DNA of 64,000 nt, from the NCBI GenBank assembly GCA_964016885.1, contig OZ024742.1, positions 273,172,001 to 273,236,000 of the forward strand, given 5' to 3'. The notes below the pieces were generated by a model that saw nothing but the letters and a program-made list of their open reading frames with translations, made no database searches and had not been told where the DNA came from. The translations under genes and the position numbers were made by a program. Source of the stretch: Eledone cirrhosa (lineage: Eukaryota). This document shows positions 13,501-26,335 of this stretch, in pieces (positions within the stretch are counted from its first letter, which is position 1; the number at the start of each line of letters is the position of its first letter).

Positions 13501-13532
13501 TGCAGTGTATCATCATTATCTATAAAAGGCAG

Positions 13533-13714
13533 TGGTGGATTGGCAGTATCGGTAGAGGGTCGGACATCATGCTTTCCAGCATAGTTACGTCCCTTTACGA
13601 TCTGAGTTCAAATCCCGCCGAGGTTGACTTTGCCTTTCATCCTTACGGGGTCGATAAAATAAAGTACCAGTAATGCACTGGGTAATTGCTGGCCTTGTGC
13701 CTAAAGTAGAAACA
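13533..13714 (+). mobile_element. tRNA-derived SINE with 18-bp target-site duplication
   Basis: B-box-like GAGTTCAAATCC, central gcctttcatccttacggggtcgataaaat; TSD attatctataaaaggcag at 13515 and 13715. Confidence 0.85.
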
Positions 13715-14006
13715 ATTATCTATAAAAGGCAGATTGTTGTTGTTGTGTGTGCATGTTCGATGTTTATACCTTTGCACAATTTCAAATCGATTCGACTCAA
13801 AGTCTGTAAGAATGTTGTAAATGGTTAGACTTAGGTCAACGACTATTTATTTCATTCAACCTCCCCCACAATTATGGAAATAATCGATAAAACTAAATAC
13901 ATGACGCTCTGATTACCTCTCTCTACTCCCCTTCAAATTCGATAAAACTACATACATCCTTACAAACTTCCTTTAGGAACGCCGAAGAGAGAGAGCAGAG
14001 AGTGAG

Positions 14007-14082
<76 letters not shown>

Positions 14083-14294
14083 TTTGTTTTTGAGTGTGGA
14101 ACGGTCAAACATTTATTTACTTCAATGACAAAGAGAAGTCATTACATTTCTTACGAAACTACAATTATTCAAAAGCAACAGATACATTTATTCAACAACA
14201 AAAAAAATAGCGATAAATCTTTTTTAAAACCTCTCAACGAACGGGGAGGGAAGAAAGAAGTATCAGTTTATTTACTATACACAATAATATATTA

Positions 14295-14655
14295 TATGAG
14301 GTCACTAAACCTGCTAGAAACAGCAGCTAACTCTCCCCCATAACACACCCCTCCCTACTGTCTTAAATTTAGAAAACATATCCTCTATGAGGTCACTAAA
14401 CCTCCTAGAAACAGCAGTTAACTCTCCCCCATATCACACCACTCCCTACTGTCTTAAATTTAGAAAACATCCTCTATGAGGTCCCTAAACCTGCTAGAAA
14501 CAGCAGAGCTAACTCTCCCCCATGTCACACCACTCCCTACTCTCTTAAATTTAGAAAACACATATCCTCTATGAGGTTACTAAACCTGCTAGAAACAGCA
14601 ACTAACTCTCCCCCAAATCACACCCCTCCCTACTATCTTAAATTTGAAAACACAC
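14295..14655 (+). repeat. ~90-bp minisatellite, 4 copies
   Basis: atgaggtcactaaacctgctagaaacagca at about 14297, 14387, 14476 and 14571. Confidence 0.9.
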
Positions 14656-15339
14656 ATTAGACAACCATGCAGAACAACTCCATCGCAGCTCTGTTGTTCG
14701 GCTGGCATCGTCTACGCGTGTGTTGCGCAAGTACTGTGAAAAAATACATTTCAACACTTCTTTGAACAGAGATAATATCCATAGGCGAAACTACAATTGT
14801 CACTGCTTGCGCAGCTCCTGCTTCGGCAGTCCAGGTCTGCAATTCATTCACCCAGTGCCTGGCAGACAAAAAAGTGCCGCCATAAAATGGGTGGTGCAAC
14901 CTAAATTTGGTAACTTACTGACCCCGAGCAACGCCGGGCTTTAATGCTAGTTATTAATAAATAAGCCCACAAAATCCATTATTTGCTCCGAGTCAGATCC
15001 CATAGTGATATCAAAATTATTTTTCTATCCAGAGATGATTATTGAATTGTATTAATTTTTCCGTGCTGTTAGAATTATATACATTTCATCACCAGATAAG
15101 AGCCCTATTAAGTAAACTAGGATTAATAGAGGAGTAGTAATATCCATTTGAATGAATTTTTGTTATGTTTAAATGTTATGTTATTGAACCAATCTATAAC
15201 TTCATTAGTACCGTTCCATAGTTTCAGCTGTGATTTTTCTTTAAGTTGCGGTATAATTCTATCTAATATATGTTTGCTAATATATATTTGCTATATATAT
15301 ATATATTCTATCTAATATATGTTTGCTAATATATGTTTG

Positions 15340-15429
<90 letters not shown>

Positions 15430-15434
<5 letters not shown>

Positions 15435-16490
15435 GTATCGATTACAACCTGACCTGGAGTGTGCTCAATAGGGCCACCCCTTATGAAAATAACAGATACG
15501 AGTGTAGGTTATGCTGCCAGGAACTTTTTGAAATCATGTAATCTAAGGATATCCTATTAAATAAACGACAGAAATTAATTATATCTTTTAATCATAGAAT
15601 TAGAAGAACCTTCAAATATTATAAACCTAATTAATATACACCTTACACTTATATTTTACATATTATAACTAGTTTTTTCAATTTAGTTAACCTATAATTA
15701 GTACTTTACTACAGAGAACTTCATAATTTTATTTCTCTCTTACTGCTCTCTTTTCCTTAAAATTAAAACCTAAATGTATACCTATAAATTAATTTAATTT
15801 CCTGTTATGAATCCAGATTCCTTGTAGTTTATATAAGAATGGTATTTCTCACTACTACCCTTATCACAAAATTTTACTTTCCTTCGTTTTTAACAACGCT
15901 CTTTAATAACTTCTAATTCTTATTTATCCCATTTCATATGAATTAATATAAATTTATCCCTATACGTATACCTATCAATTAATTTAATTTCTTGTTATAG
16001 ATCTAGTTTCCTTGTTGTTGAAATAATATTGGTATTTCTCACTAATACTCTTACCATAAAATGTTCTTTTCTTTCATTTTTAACATTATTCTTTAATAAC
16101 ATCAAATGTTCGTGTACCCTTAACTGGCTTGACCTCTTTTCATCCCCAAATATTCTTTTCATTCAAAGTATTCTTTTCATTCAAAACATAAGTCTGCACT
16201 CCTCTACCCCTAAATTAAATTTCTACTACCACTATTCTATCAACTTGACCTCGAACTACTTTTCTATTGGTCAATTCAAAACCTGTTCCCAAACAGACCT
16301 TTTATATAAAATCTTTGTTGTTTTTTTTTCAATAAACAAATCTCATCATTTCTGAAGGCAGCATGTATATGTGATGGTATGTATATTTCCTCTGATAATT
16401 TGTAATATTTTTACATAGATCTATGTGATATACATAGCAACACACATATACTTCCTAGAAACGATCGTAAAATAATGATTTTTTAATATA
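15430..16490 (+). mobile_element. PLE 3' end (C-terminus) and pseudo-LTR
   Basis: YNLTWSVLNRATPY..ECRLCCQELFEIM*SKDILLNKRQ..NH; HHR at the 3' end. Confidence 0.7.
16349..16472 (+). ncRNA. Type I hammerhead-like motif with ~100-nt stem II
   Basis: ttt-CTGAAGG..gtatatgtg/cacatatac..-GAA-ACGATCGT(palindrome)-A-aaa. Confidence 0.55.
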
Positions 16491-16999
16491 AGGAACTTGT
16501 TCTTTGATTTTATGTCATTGTTTTTATTAATTTATATATATATATATATATATAGGAAGCAGAAATGTGAAGTATACGGACGTGATTTTAGCCTCTCGCT
16601 AAAGTCAGTGGTGACGCCAAAGTCACCAGCAAGTCAACAGGAAAATCCTAAAAGAATCTATCTACCTATATCAACAACATATCACGTTTTACCCACAAAC
16701 CTGTCAGTTCTTTAAAAGAAAAACTTTTTAAAAAAATTGCGTTACTATTGTTATTTTCTGTAACTACAAATCTTTCACTAAAGCTACATGTTCTGCACTA
16801 ACACATATTCGTGTAACTACATGATTTATATCCAAGTGTCTGCAAGTACATATTTCTAATACAAACACACATTTCTCAATATTGAAACATACATTCCTAT
16901 TCAAACTATTCTACATACTTCTCTCTGTATATCCTCTAGGAATCAGGGAACTCACACACTCAAAGAGAAAACAACAAATAAAATAAAATATAGTCAAAC

Positions 17000-19513
17000 C
17001 TGAATGGCTACTCAACAAAAATCCAAGCAAAACTGGTCTGAGAATGAAATAGACCTTCTAATAAACGCATGGTACTGACCTACCCAAACGGAGAACATAG
17101 GTGCTTTATATCTGGACGCAATTACTAAGCCGACAGTTTATCTTTTAAAAACCCGAACACAACAGCAGATTAAAAACAAACTAAAACAAATTAAAGTTGT
17201 GTTTCAATTAATTAACAGATATTCTGATAAACTAAATTACCTTTTCTCTTCAAGCACTGTTCAGCAGCACCCAACATCACCATAACAACAACAAGAAATC
17301 CAACAACAAGAGCAAATTCTGTAACAACAACAATTCAGCAAAAACACGTATCTTCAAATATTGCTCATTCTGAACAACAACAGCTTCAATCACTCCCCAA
17401 TTCAACCACATGGATGATCTATTAATGAAGCCATCAACCATTCAGATCCCAGCTGCACACAGCAGTAAACCGAAACATCATTTCCTCAGACTGCCCCAAT
17501 GGTTCATTCCATCAATAGCTCATCATCCTCACTGTCAACATCCCCTCTGCCTACTACTACTATCAACACCAAAACAACATATTTGCCTACTACTATCTCA
17601 AGGAATCTACCTCTCACAGCTCACACAGGACATCCAAACCTAAACAAGTTATCATCTATTCCTCTTTTAACACACACTTACACACTCCCTCGAAACTCCA
17701 CCATTTGCCACTATCGTTTACGTAATAGCTTATGTACTGCCAGAGACAGCAAATTCATTCATTTGCCTGGGACAACGCTCAATCACTTTTACAACAACAA
17801 GCGACACCAAAACACACATTATAAAATAACAATACCATAATGACCAATAACTTCACCAAATGCTAAAACACAGAATGACAAAATCTGCCGCTGTTCCCAG
17901 AGATAGATATTATGTCTGCAACGTGATTGTCCTTTTACCCATCTCCTGAGGCCTCGTCGCACGAATACAAATAAAAATAAAAACCCTTACCAATTCAATA
18001 CCCACAATTACAGTCAGTTACAGTTCCCTAAACAGGAAACCTCCTCCTCTTTTTTAGCCATAATGAATATGGCAAAAGAACTAAAAAAAAACATTTCTAG
18101 CCATCACCCAACACCACCCTCCACTACCATCCCACTGAACAACCTCTCATTGCCGCCATTAACAAATGAACCCCCAAACCGACTAAAATCAACCACCATT
18201 CTAGCCCCAACATTTTTGCTTAATGCCCAAGGCATCAACCCTTTCACCAGTACTCAAAAATGGAAGATCATATTTCTTGAAGTTTGGGTTGATGACCATC
18301 CTAACCACATCCCTTTCTTCGTCCACACCGAAACCCATCTCAATCCCCTCCACTTACAAACCGGGATGAAATTGAAGAATTCCAAAGCTATCCGTGCAGA
18401 TCGTGCTGGCAGAAAAAAGGGTGGGACTAACATATTTGTACATGATTTTTTTTTTACATAGGTTAAGAACTTATTTTCCAATGGACACTGTGAAGCAGTC
18501 ATTGTGTACAGTAAAACCAGCAATTTAATAGTTATTGGGCTCTATAGGCCACCCCAAACGCCTCTACCATGCTTCATGGAGTGCCTCAACAGCATAAAGT
18601 GATTCCTCCAACAGTGTCACTCTGGCAACATCTTAATGATGGGGGACTTCAACCTCCCCGGTGTTGACTGGTCCACACAAACAGCTTGATACCAGGATTT
18701 TCAACCTCAACCCTTGAACATTGAGGCAGTAGACTCGCTTTTTGACTACTTGGATGATGATTTTTTGTCCAAAATTGTGCTCGAACCAAGGTGTCACAAA
18801 AACGTCTTGGACTTTATGGTCAGTAGCCACACTGACACTATCCAACATATTGTAGTGGAACAAAAACTCTACCCCCATGCCGTGACAAAACGCAAACCCA
18901 ATGACATCTCTCTAGTTCATCTAGTAGACACCATGGATCTTCACAATGCAAACTGGGAAGCGATCAATCATTATCTTGCACATGTTGATTGGTCTTTCAC
19001 GCACACTTACACACCAACTAATATAAACAAAAACCATGACAGTCATATGTAGACACTGTAACAAATATATGTGCAAAACACATACCATTAAGATCTATAA
19101 ACAAATCTCAGTGCAGAATATCTATAAATAGATGATAACAAATCAGAAAAATTAAAAGAGTTAACAAAAGAATGAACAGAGTAAAATACTACCAGCAGCA
19201 ACACACCCATTTGACTACCACGTCACTAGAAACGAAAAATAATAACCTTCAAAACGTCACGATGTCTATCATTAACAATCAAAGAGCATCTGAAGAAGCC
19301 TGGGCCATTGAGAAAATCAAACTCAATCCCAAAGTGTTCTTTTCAATTGCGAAAACACACATAGTCACTGCCTCCACTGTCGGCCCTCTAATTGATAAAA
19401 ATAGCACTCTCCAAGATAATGCTGAAACCATGGGTGATATAGTGCAGAAACAATACTGCTCTGTTTTCAGCCATCCTGATATGGTTGATCTGGGCTGTAT
19501 CAGTGTAATTTAG
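17000..19513 (+). pseudogene. Decayed CR1/L2-group LINE: ORF1 remnants, APE endonuclease and linker; RT missing
   Basis: LLNAQG, ETHL, RADRAGRKKGG, GLYRPP, MGDFNLP, NPKVFFS..VGPLID. Confidence 0.75.
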
Positions 19514-19570
19514 TAGGATCATGTTTGAGGGGGATGTTTTTCTATTTCTATTTGGTATACAAATATTATA

Positions 19571-19950
19571 GTGGCTCCCGTGACAGACCTACATGCATAC
19601 ATAGATACAGATATAATGATATGGGACAGGGAAAAGAAGGCATGCAGAATAGGGGAGATTAAGTGCCTAGTAGAGGCCAATATCATATTAAAGACTACCC
19701 AAAAGGAGAATATATATGCAGAACGAATGAGAAATCTGCAGATACTCCACCCTGACTATACCTTCAGATTATTTAGTTGTGATTATTGTGACACTGGGAT
19801 ATGTTAGTAACCGTCTCAGTGCAAATCCTACGAAACTGCGCTTCACAGAAACAGAAAGAACACTAACACAACAGTAAAACTATGTAAAACATTCCAATCC
19901 ATTAACGGAACAGTAAAACTGTGTAAAACATTCCAAAATTTCTGCATCTA
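19571..19950 (+). pseudogene. 3' end of an RLE-type non-LTR retrotransposon (PD-(D/E)xK nuclease)
   Basis: DIMIWDREKKACRIGEIKC..NI..K..IYAE..RNLQILHPDY. Confidence 0.65.
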
Positions 19951-20101
19951 TTAATTACATGCACACATGTAGAGAAACAAAGCATATGCACATGCACACA
20001 TATCACTCAAACATACAGATCCACCCATACAATAACATCCATTGCTGCACACACACGCATACGTGTCTATCTAGTTGATGTTATTTAAATTACATTACAA
20101 A

Positions 20102-20288
20102 GGGCGGTGAATTGGCACTATCGGTAGAGGGTTTCGACGCCATGCTTTCTAGTATAGTGACGTCCCTTTACAGTCTCAGTTCAAATCCCGCCGAGGTTAA
20201 CTTTAACTTTCATCCTTACGGGGTCGATAAAATAAAATACCAGTAATGTACTGGCTAATTGCTGGCCTTGTGCCTAAAGTAGAAAATA
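20102..20288 (+). mobile_element. tRNA-derived SINE (same family as 13533)
   Basis: High similarity to the 13533 copy; approximate TSD ttatttaaatt(a/c)catt. Confidence 0.85.
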
Positions 20289-20699
20289 TTATTTAAATTC
20301 CATTGAGGGAGTCTTGTGTCTATGTTAGAACCCGGCTATCTCTCTATTGGTAAACACTTATAAAATTATAAAACCAGAAGAACATACATACAAACATGTA
20401 TGTCTGTGTGTGTGTAAAAGAGTTGGATCTGAATTGAAATGGAATTTCTTATATTTCTAGAAGGTCGAGGAATCACATCAAACCCTCCATGTTGCTTCAT
20501 ATATTTATTTATCTACATGGATGTAGGAGTAGGGTGAGGTTTGGGGAAAATGTGCCAGCAATATCTAACAGGTCGAGCTAGCTCCCACACAACGGTCTCC
20601 CATATACTAGATCATGTAGCAGAGGTACCCTGGTTTTCCTGCATATTTTCCTAAAGTATCACTATGCCATAAATTTACAAATTCAGAATTCCTTACACT

Positions 20700-22260
20700 C
20701 TTTATGAGTACGGATTGGGATATGTGTGTATTGATATTGCTCATTACAAAGACACTGAATAAACAACATTCTTGGTTTTGCACTATGGATCAACAAGGAA
20801 GAGACAATCAGGGATTCTAGACCTTGTAGTAACATTATAGAGCTGACCACGTGGAAAGACAGGTTGTCCCAGGTTCAATCCAACGACATTCAATGATTTA
20901 CCTTGGGATTTACCTTGGGTCATCTGATTTTGACTGGACATTGAAACAATTGTCATCAGCAACATTTCCTGATTTGATTCTGACCTCTTGAACATGGTGT
21001 GTCGTATATTTTATGCAGAGTATTGTGCCATTGCAACGTTGTGGAGGATTCAGATTACGATGTAGCATAACCGATCCTCAAAACATCAGTATCAGATTTG
21101 CGGAGGAATTCTTGCAAGTTCAAGACTCCAAAATGTTACAGGGGTAGTTCAAAACCTGGTCATGGCAAGTGATTGTGTCAACTGATTCGTAACCTCATTT
21201 CACTGTCAGTAACATGTCAAGTAGCCTTCTGTTGATTTCCTTGACAGCAAGATCTTTCGGTGCTAAGATTGCTTCTTCACAGAGATATTTCGGATCACAG
21301 TGGCAGTGTGACTGGCTGGCTAATATGTTTTGGGTCACCACCAGAATTGAGGATATCTCTAAGGTCTCTGCCCTCAACTTATTTTGATTTATTCGTAGGA
21401 AATCTAATTTTTCTGTTTCAATTTTTCCATAAATGTCTACCATGGACTGGCTCGTCACTTCTTTGAATCATAGAATTAATTGCAGCTGATTGGTCGGCCA
21501 CTGTCTTGTCATGTTCCTGGGTTGATCTGCCATAGCTGAAAATGATATCCATCCTGACCATTCCAGAAGATGATATTGGAGTGAGTCATAGGTCCTATGC
21601 ATTTCACATATTCGCTCCAAATGTTCACATGTGTTTTGTATAAGAATGTCACGTAGTTTATTCTGTTCAGAAACCATTATAATTGCAGCTTCATTAGTGA
21701 CTGGTGCATTGAAACTGCGTTCATATTCTGAAGCTGGTCGTATGTCTGTTCCGATGATGATTTTACGATCCTTGGTGTTGTTCATATGCTCCAGTGCATC
21801 TGTAAATACACTGACGTATATGTGATGTTGGTGAATCATTCTTTGTAACTTCATGTAGAACTGCAATCCACTATGGACAATGGTACATATTTGTTATGCC
21901 CCTGTTTCCTTTTCACCCATCAAGAAAACCTGCACAAATGTGTGAGGCTCCTGTGAAAGTGACAGAAGCCCACTCACAAAATGTTGCAACTATCCCTCAA
22001 TTTTATAAGTTGAACAAAATATAACCTCATTCATATTCCTGTCAGCTCCAAAAGATGTCATTTGAAAGGCTTAACTATAATTTTAGATGTATTTATTGTT
22101 CTCCTTCTGGTGTATGCTGGAGGTGTAGATTTTTCAGAAATTCAGGAGACTCTTGTATTGATTTAAGGTTTAATGTGCCTTTGAACAGCATAGAGTTGGT
22201 GTTTCTGCTGCCTACCTCTTTGCACCACAATGTAGGCGACATCACCGGGAATGGGTGAAG
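20700..22260 (-). pseudogene. Helitron Rep/PIF1-helicase remnants
   Basis: KSQGKSLNVVGLNL..VFPRGQLY; RNLNPPQRCNGT; AILAPK; KIETEKLDFLRINQNKLRAE; FNAP..HRTYDSLQY. Confidence 0.85.
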
Positions 22261-22855
22261 AGAACTGTCACATTGTCTACTGCAACTTAGGATAGATTGG
22301 AAACATGTCTAGTCGAATGATCCGAGATATGGTGATACTGCCGAAAAAGATTCCGAAAAATGAACACACAACACAATTAACAACTCCAAAAGCGTAAATC
22401 TGTTTAAAGTGTTTGGTGGTGTAGTGTGTCCTCATGAGGTGCACCGCGAGGGACATGTGCATTTGCTGCAACTAATATTTTCTACAACTTTCCTTATATC
22501 TAATACACCGTGGGTATGTTCAGCAATAAAATAGTGTCCCTGTCAATTAAGATATGGGTAAACATCTGTTTTATCATTGAGCACTTGGATCAGCAACGAT
22601 GCACCCTTTAGCCTGTTTTTATGCTTTCGCAGTGGAGCAATTATTGTAGAGTTTGAATATATGGATGTTCATCCCGCTTGAACATGTACACAGGAGATTT
22701 GTCTTTATGTGAAGCCGATTTCAATATCATGGTACACTGGAAATTGGGATGGTTAAAATAATTCAGGACCTATCTTGGGCTTCTCAGCATCAAGTCAATG
22801 AACATGCATCTAGGCAACGTTAAATAAATACATGTTAAGTATTGCGTTACATTTA

Positions 22856-22907
<52 letters not shown>

Positions 22908-22910
<3 letters not shown>

Positions 22911-24280
22911 AAATGACAGGAGGCTTGTGTGGTGAAATTCCTTTAAAGGTTTATTATAGCAAACAGTGGCCAAGTTCCGTAAGATCTTGGTGACATCTTC
23001 AGGTGTTAATTGCATGAAAGTTATATGACAAAGGAATACTGATAAACACAATCCATGAAGCCATAAAAAAAAAATACCGAAAAAAGTGTTTGACTCGAAG
23101 GCGATGAAGTGGGCCAGTTGTTGTCAGTTTCGCTGACCACATTCGAGTGAGGATTCTCATCAATTTTCTCTTACCGGTTTGATTAGGGGGTTGTATGCTT
23201 ATTATGCCTACTACTACCACCCTGGCGCTTGGATCAGGGAGTTGTATACGTAGTATGCCTACTACTACCACCCTGCTATTCACTGCTATTTGGGCACATG
23301 CTAGTGGTAAAGGAGATCAGATCTTTAGATTCATTAATATAACTAGTATTTATAACTAATAACTCCCTGGCATACATTGCTTCACCGGCCAACTGTACTG
23401 TCTCTTCTGGTCACGTGGGGCTTGAGCTTGTGAGCGTTTCCTGGTGTGCTTGGAAATACTAGAAATTTCCCTATTCCCGATCAGAAATTTTACTCGGAAG
23501 TGTTCGCGTGTTTATGAACCCGCTATGTCTGTGAAGCCATTATTTCAGAGGCTAACGAAAGACAAGCCACACTCATTTCTCTACATCACAAATACAGTGA
23601 TGGAACGTGACATTTATTATGACCATCAAAGATATATCTAATGTTTATATAAATGCTTCCTTCACCTAATTCTTTAAATAAATCTTTCAATTTTACACTT
23701 AAATTTTATATTTTTAATCATTATCTTAACTTTAAATCTTACCTTAAAACTTTCTTGGTTCTAGTTCTGAATTCATTCCCGTTCACTATATGTTTACAGA
23801 AATTTAGGCTGACCCCAACTGAACAGTTTTTTTTACTCTGTAACCTGATCTACTTAACTACTAGCATGTGTCCAAGTAGCCTTGAATAGCAGGGTGGTAG
23901 TAGCAGGCACACTAAGTATACAACCCCTGACCCAAGCGGCAGGGTGGTAGTAGTATGCATATTAAGCATACAATCCCCTAACCAAACCGGTAAGACGAAA
24001 TTGATGAGAATCATCACTCGAATGTGATCAGCCAAACTAACAACTGGCCAACTTCATCAAAACACAACAATTGGCCGCCTCGTGTCAAAAACAATTTTCT
24101 ATGTTTTTTTATATCCACTTACATTGTGTTTACCATTATTCCTTTGTTATATAACTTTTATGCAATTAACACCTGATGGTGTCACCAGGATATTACGGAA
24201 CTTTGCCTCTGAAATTTACATAGTGTTTGCTATAATAAATATTTGAAGGAATTTCACCAGTCCGGCTTCTTGTTATTTTA
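22908..24280. repeat. Family C inverted repeat (22908-23290 vs 23886-24280) with HHR remnants
   Basis: aacac-CTGATGG..GAAA-tttacat-A-gtgtt at 24168-24227; the minus copy has lost GAAA and stem III. Confidence 0.7.
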
Positions 24281-24400
24281 CTCAATAATTATTAACTCCT
24301 TTACCACCAAGATTCAACATCAAAGATGGATGAGTTGCATAACGTCGAGTGGTTTTCCTACTTGACCAGTTATATGCAGTGGTGACCCACCAAACTTACA

Positions 24401-24448
<48 letters not shown>

Positions 24449-25097
24449 CACGTTTGCTTACACACGAGTCATTAGATTTGCTTAGTTGTTTCTTCTGTTT
24501 CAAACCCTCCTTTCTATGTAATTATGCATTTAATTTATTTTCCCGCGCGCTCTCTCTCTCTATATATATATGTTTATTTATAGAGTCAGTGACAGAGATA
24601 CGTAAATAAATTAATGCATGCGTTATTACGTGTGTATGTTTGCATGTTTCCATGTGTGTATATTTGAGAGCCTGGATGTGTGTATGTTTGTCAGTACGTA
24701 TTGTGTGTGTGTTTGTAGTTGTGTACGAGTAATGTAAAAATGTGAATTGAAATACATACGATGAGCTCTTTGCATAGATTATGTACACATTAAGAATGCT
24801 TGTTGTATCAATATGGTGGGTAGAGTAAATACTCCATTTAAATATTCTCAAGTTTTCAAGAAAGAAAGAAATGTGTGCGTGTTTATTCATGGTAGCAAAC
24901 ACGCGCGATACTCGGTTTGTAAGGCAATGCATTGGGAAGGTATTTGTCAAAAAGCCACATTAGTAAATTCAACGAACACACATTCGTCGTGTTTAACCTT
25001 ATCAGCTATGCACCTTTCCTAAGAAAATGGAACAATGCAGTGAATATGTTAATTAGAAGTGAAAATGTCCGAGGATAAGGAATAATGTGTGGATATA

Positions 25098-26335
25098 TAG
25101 AGGGGGCATAAAGTATTTGAGGACATACATTTTTTGGTTATTCCTGCATTTTACTAAACTTTATATCATATTTTGCTCGGATAACAACAATGGCAGACAC
25201 ACAGCTTACCCAATAAATGAAAGAGGATTCCGTAAGTGTGGCCTTAATGGCTGTGCATAGACATTTACAGATATTTCGATTTTTAAAAGTTTTCCAGATC
25301 TTTCGTCTACAATGTCCGTAAGGAGTTAGAGACTGAAAATAGTGAAATATCAGCAGTATCAGAGAGTAAAAAACATTCCTAACGGTCTGACAGCATAAGA
25401 ACACCTAAATTCCTCCAAGTTCAGCAGACCATTGATAACATTCCCAGAAATCCCATGAGGTCACTTGCAAAAGATTTCCATGTGTGAGAATGAACAACCA
25501 GAAATATTGTAAACTGTTGCATGAGATATAAATCTTATGTGATGTGGAAATGTCATTTTATGTCAGAAAAATAAAAAAAATAAAATCGCTTAATCAGATC
25601 TTAAACAAACTCTTAATCAGATCTTAACCAAACTCAAAAATCGAGAAGAATATGACGTGATTTGTTTTTCTCAGATGAGAACAGATCAGAAATTTTACAA
25701 AAAAACAAAAGATATATGGTTATATGTAGACCCTTCTGAACTTCCAACAGTTATGCACAGAAAGCTTTCTGCAACTCTGATGTTTTTTGGGTGGTGGTGG
25801 TGGGTGTGGGGGTGTGGGGGTGTGTGGGTGTGTGTGTGTGGGGGGGGGGGCAGCATTGAAAGACATGTGATGCCTCATCACTTCTTTCCACAAGTCCATT
25901 AAGTTAACTCTCCTACCAAAATTGAGCTCCTGGAAAGAGTTCTTAATCCGTTGATAGACAGTGTATGGAATGGAAGGCCTTATGTGCTTCTGCATGACAC
26001 TCCACCATCACACAAGTCTCTAGTAATGCAGGAGTGGATGGTTGATAATTTTCATGAACATAAAACCACTAATATTTGGCAACATAACTCCTCAGATCAC
26101 AATAGATTGGCTTACTGCATGTGGGCGTTGTTGAACGAGAGGTCCATGAACATCCCCATAAATCAAAAAAGTCTTTGAAAGTCACCATAGTCAGAGTAAT
26201 GTCATATATGAACCAGGACATTTTAATTTGAGCATGTACATGATTTCAATCCCACATAGAAGCAGTTAATGAAGCTGAATGTGACTTTATTGAATAAAAT
26301 TATAAAAAAGTTACTTATTTTAATGCTTAAAACAT
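25098..26335 (+). mobile_element. Decayed Tc1/mariner-superfamily (maT/DD37D-like) transposon
   Basis: FSDE-like motif, VMPHHFFP, GRPYVLLHDTPPSH..QEW..IWQHNSSDHNRLAY, HIEAVNEAECDFIE*. Confidence 0.8.

Larger units (their letters stand above)
13515..14950 (+). mobile_element. Non-autonomous Helitron-like element
   Basis: 3' hairpin cccg-agcaacgc-cggg (14923-14938) then CTAG|T at 14947-14950; 5' boundary (TC near 13519) inferred. Confidence 0.55.

Noticed and set aside
13533-13625. tRNA gene
   Set aside because: A- and B-box-like motifs only, followed by a SINE body and flanked by a TSD; no cloverleaf.
14295-14655. Regularly spaced repeats resembling a CRISPR array or tandem HHRs
   Set aside because: The whole 90-bp unit repeats with no unique spacers, there are no cas genes, the context is eukaryotic, and no valid HHR core is present.
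15445-15510. aacc-TGACC..GAAA..TA-ggtt as a hammerhead
   Set aside because: The core is wrong and the segment is explained as PLE C-terminal coding sequence.
22270-22750. Possible SWIM-finger or transposase remnant on the minus strand (KCTCP)
   Set aside because: Too degraded to support without a profile search.
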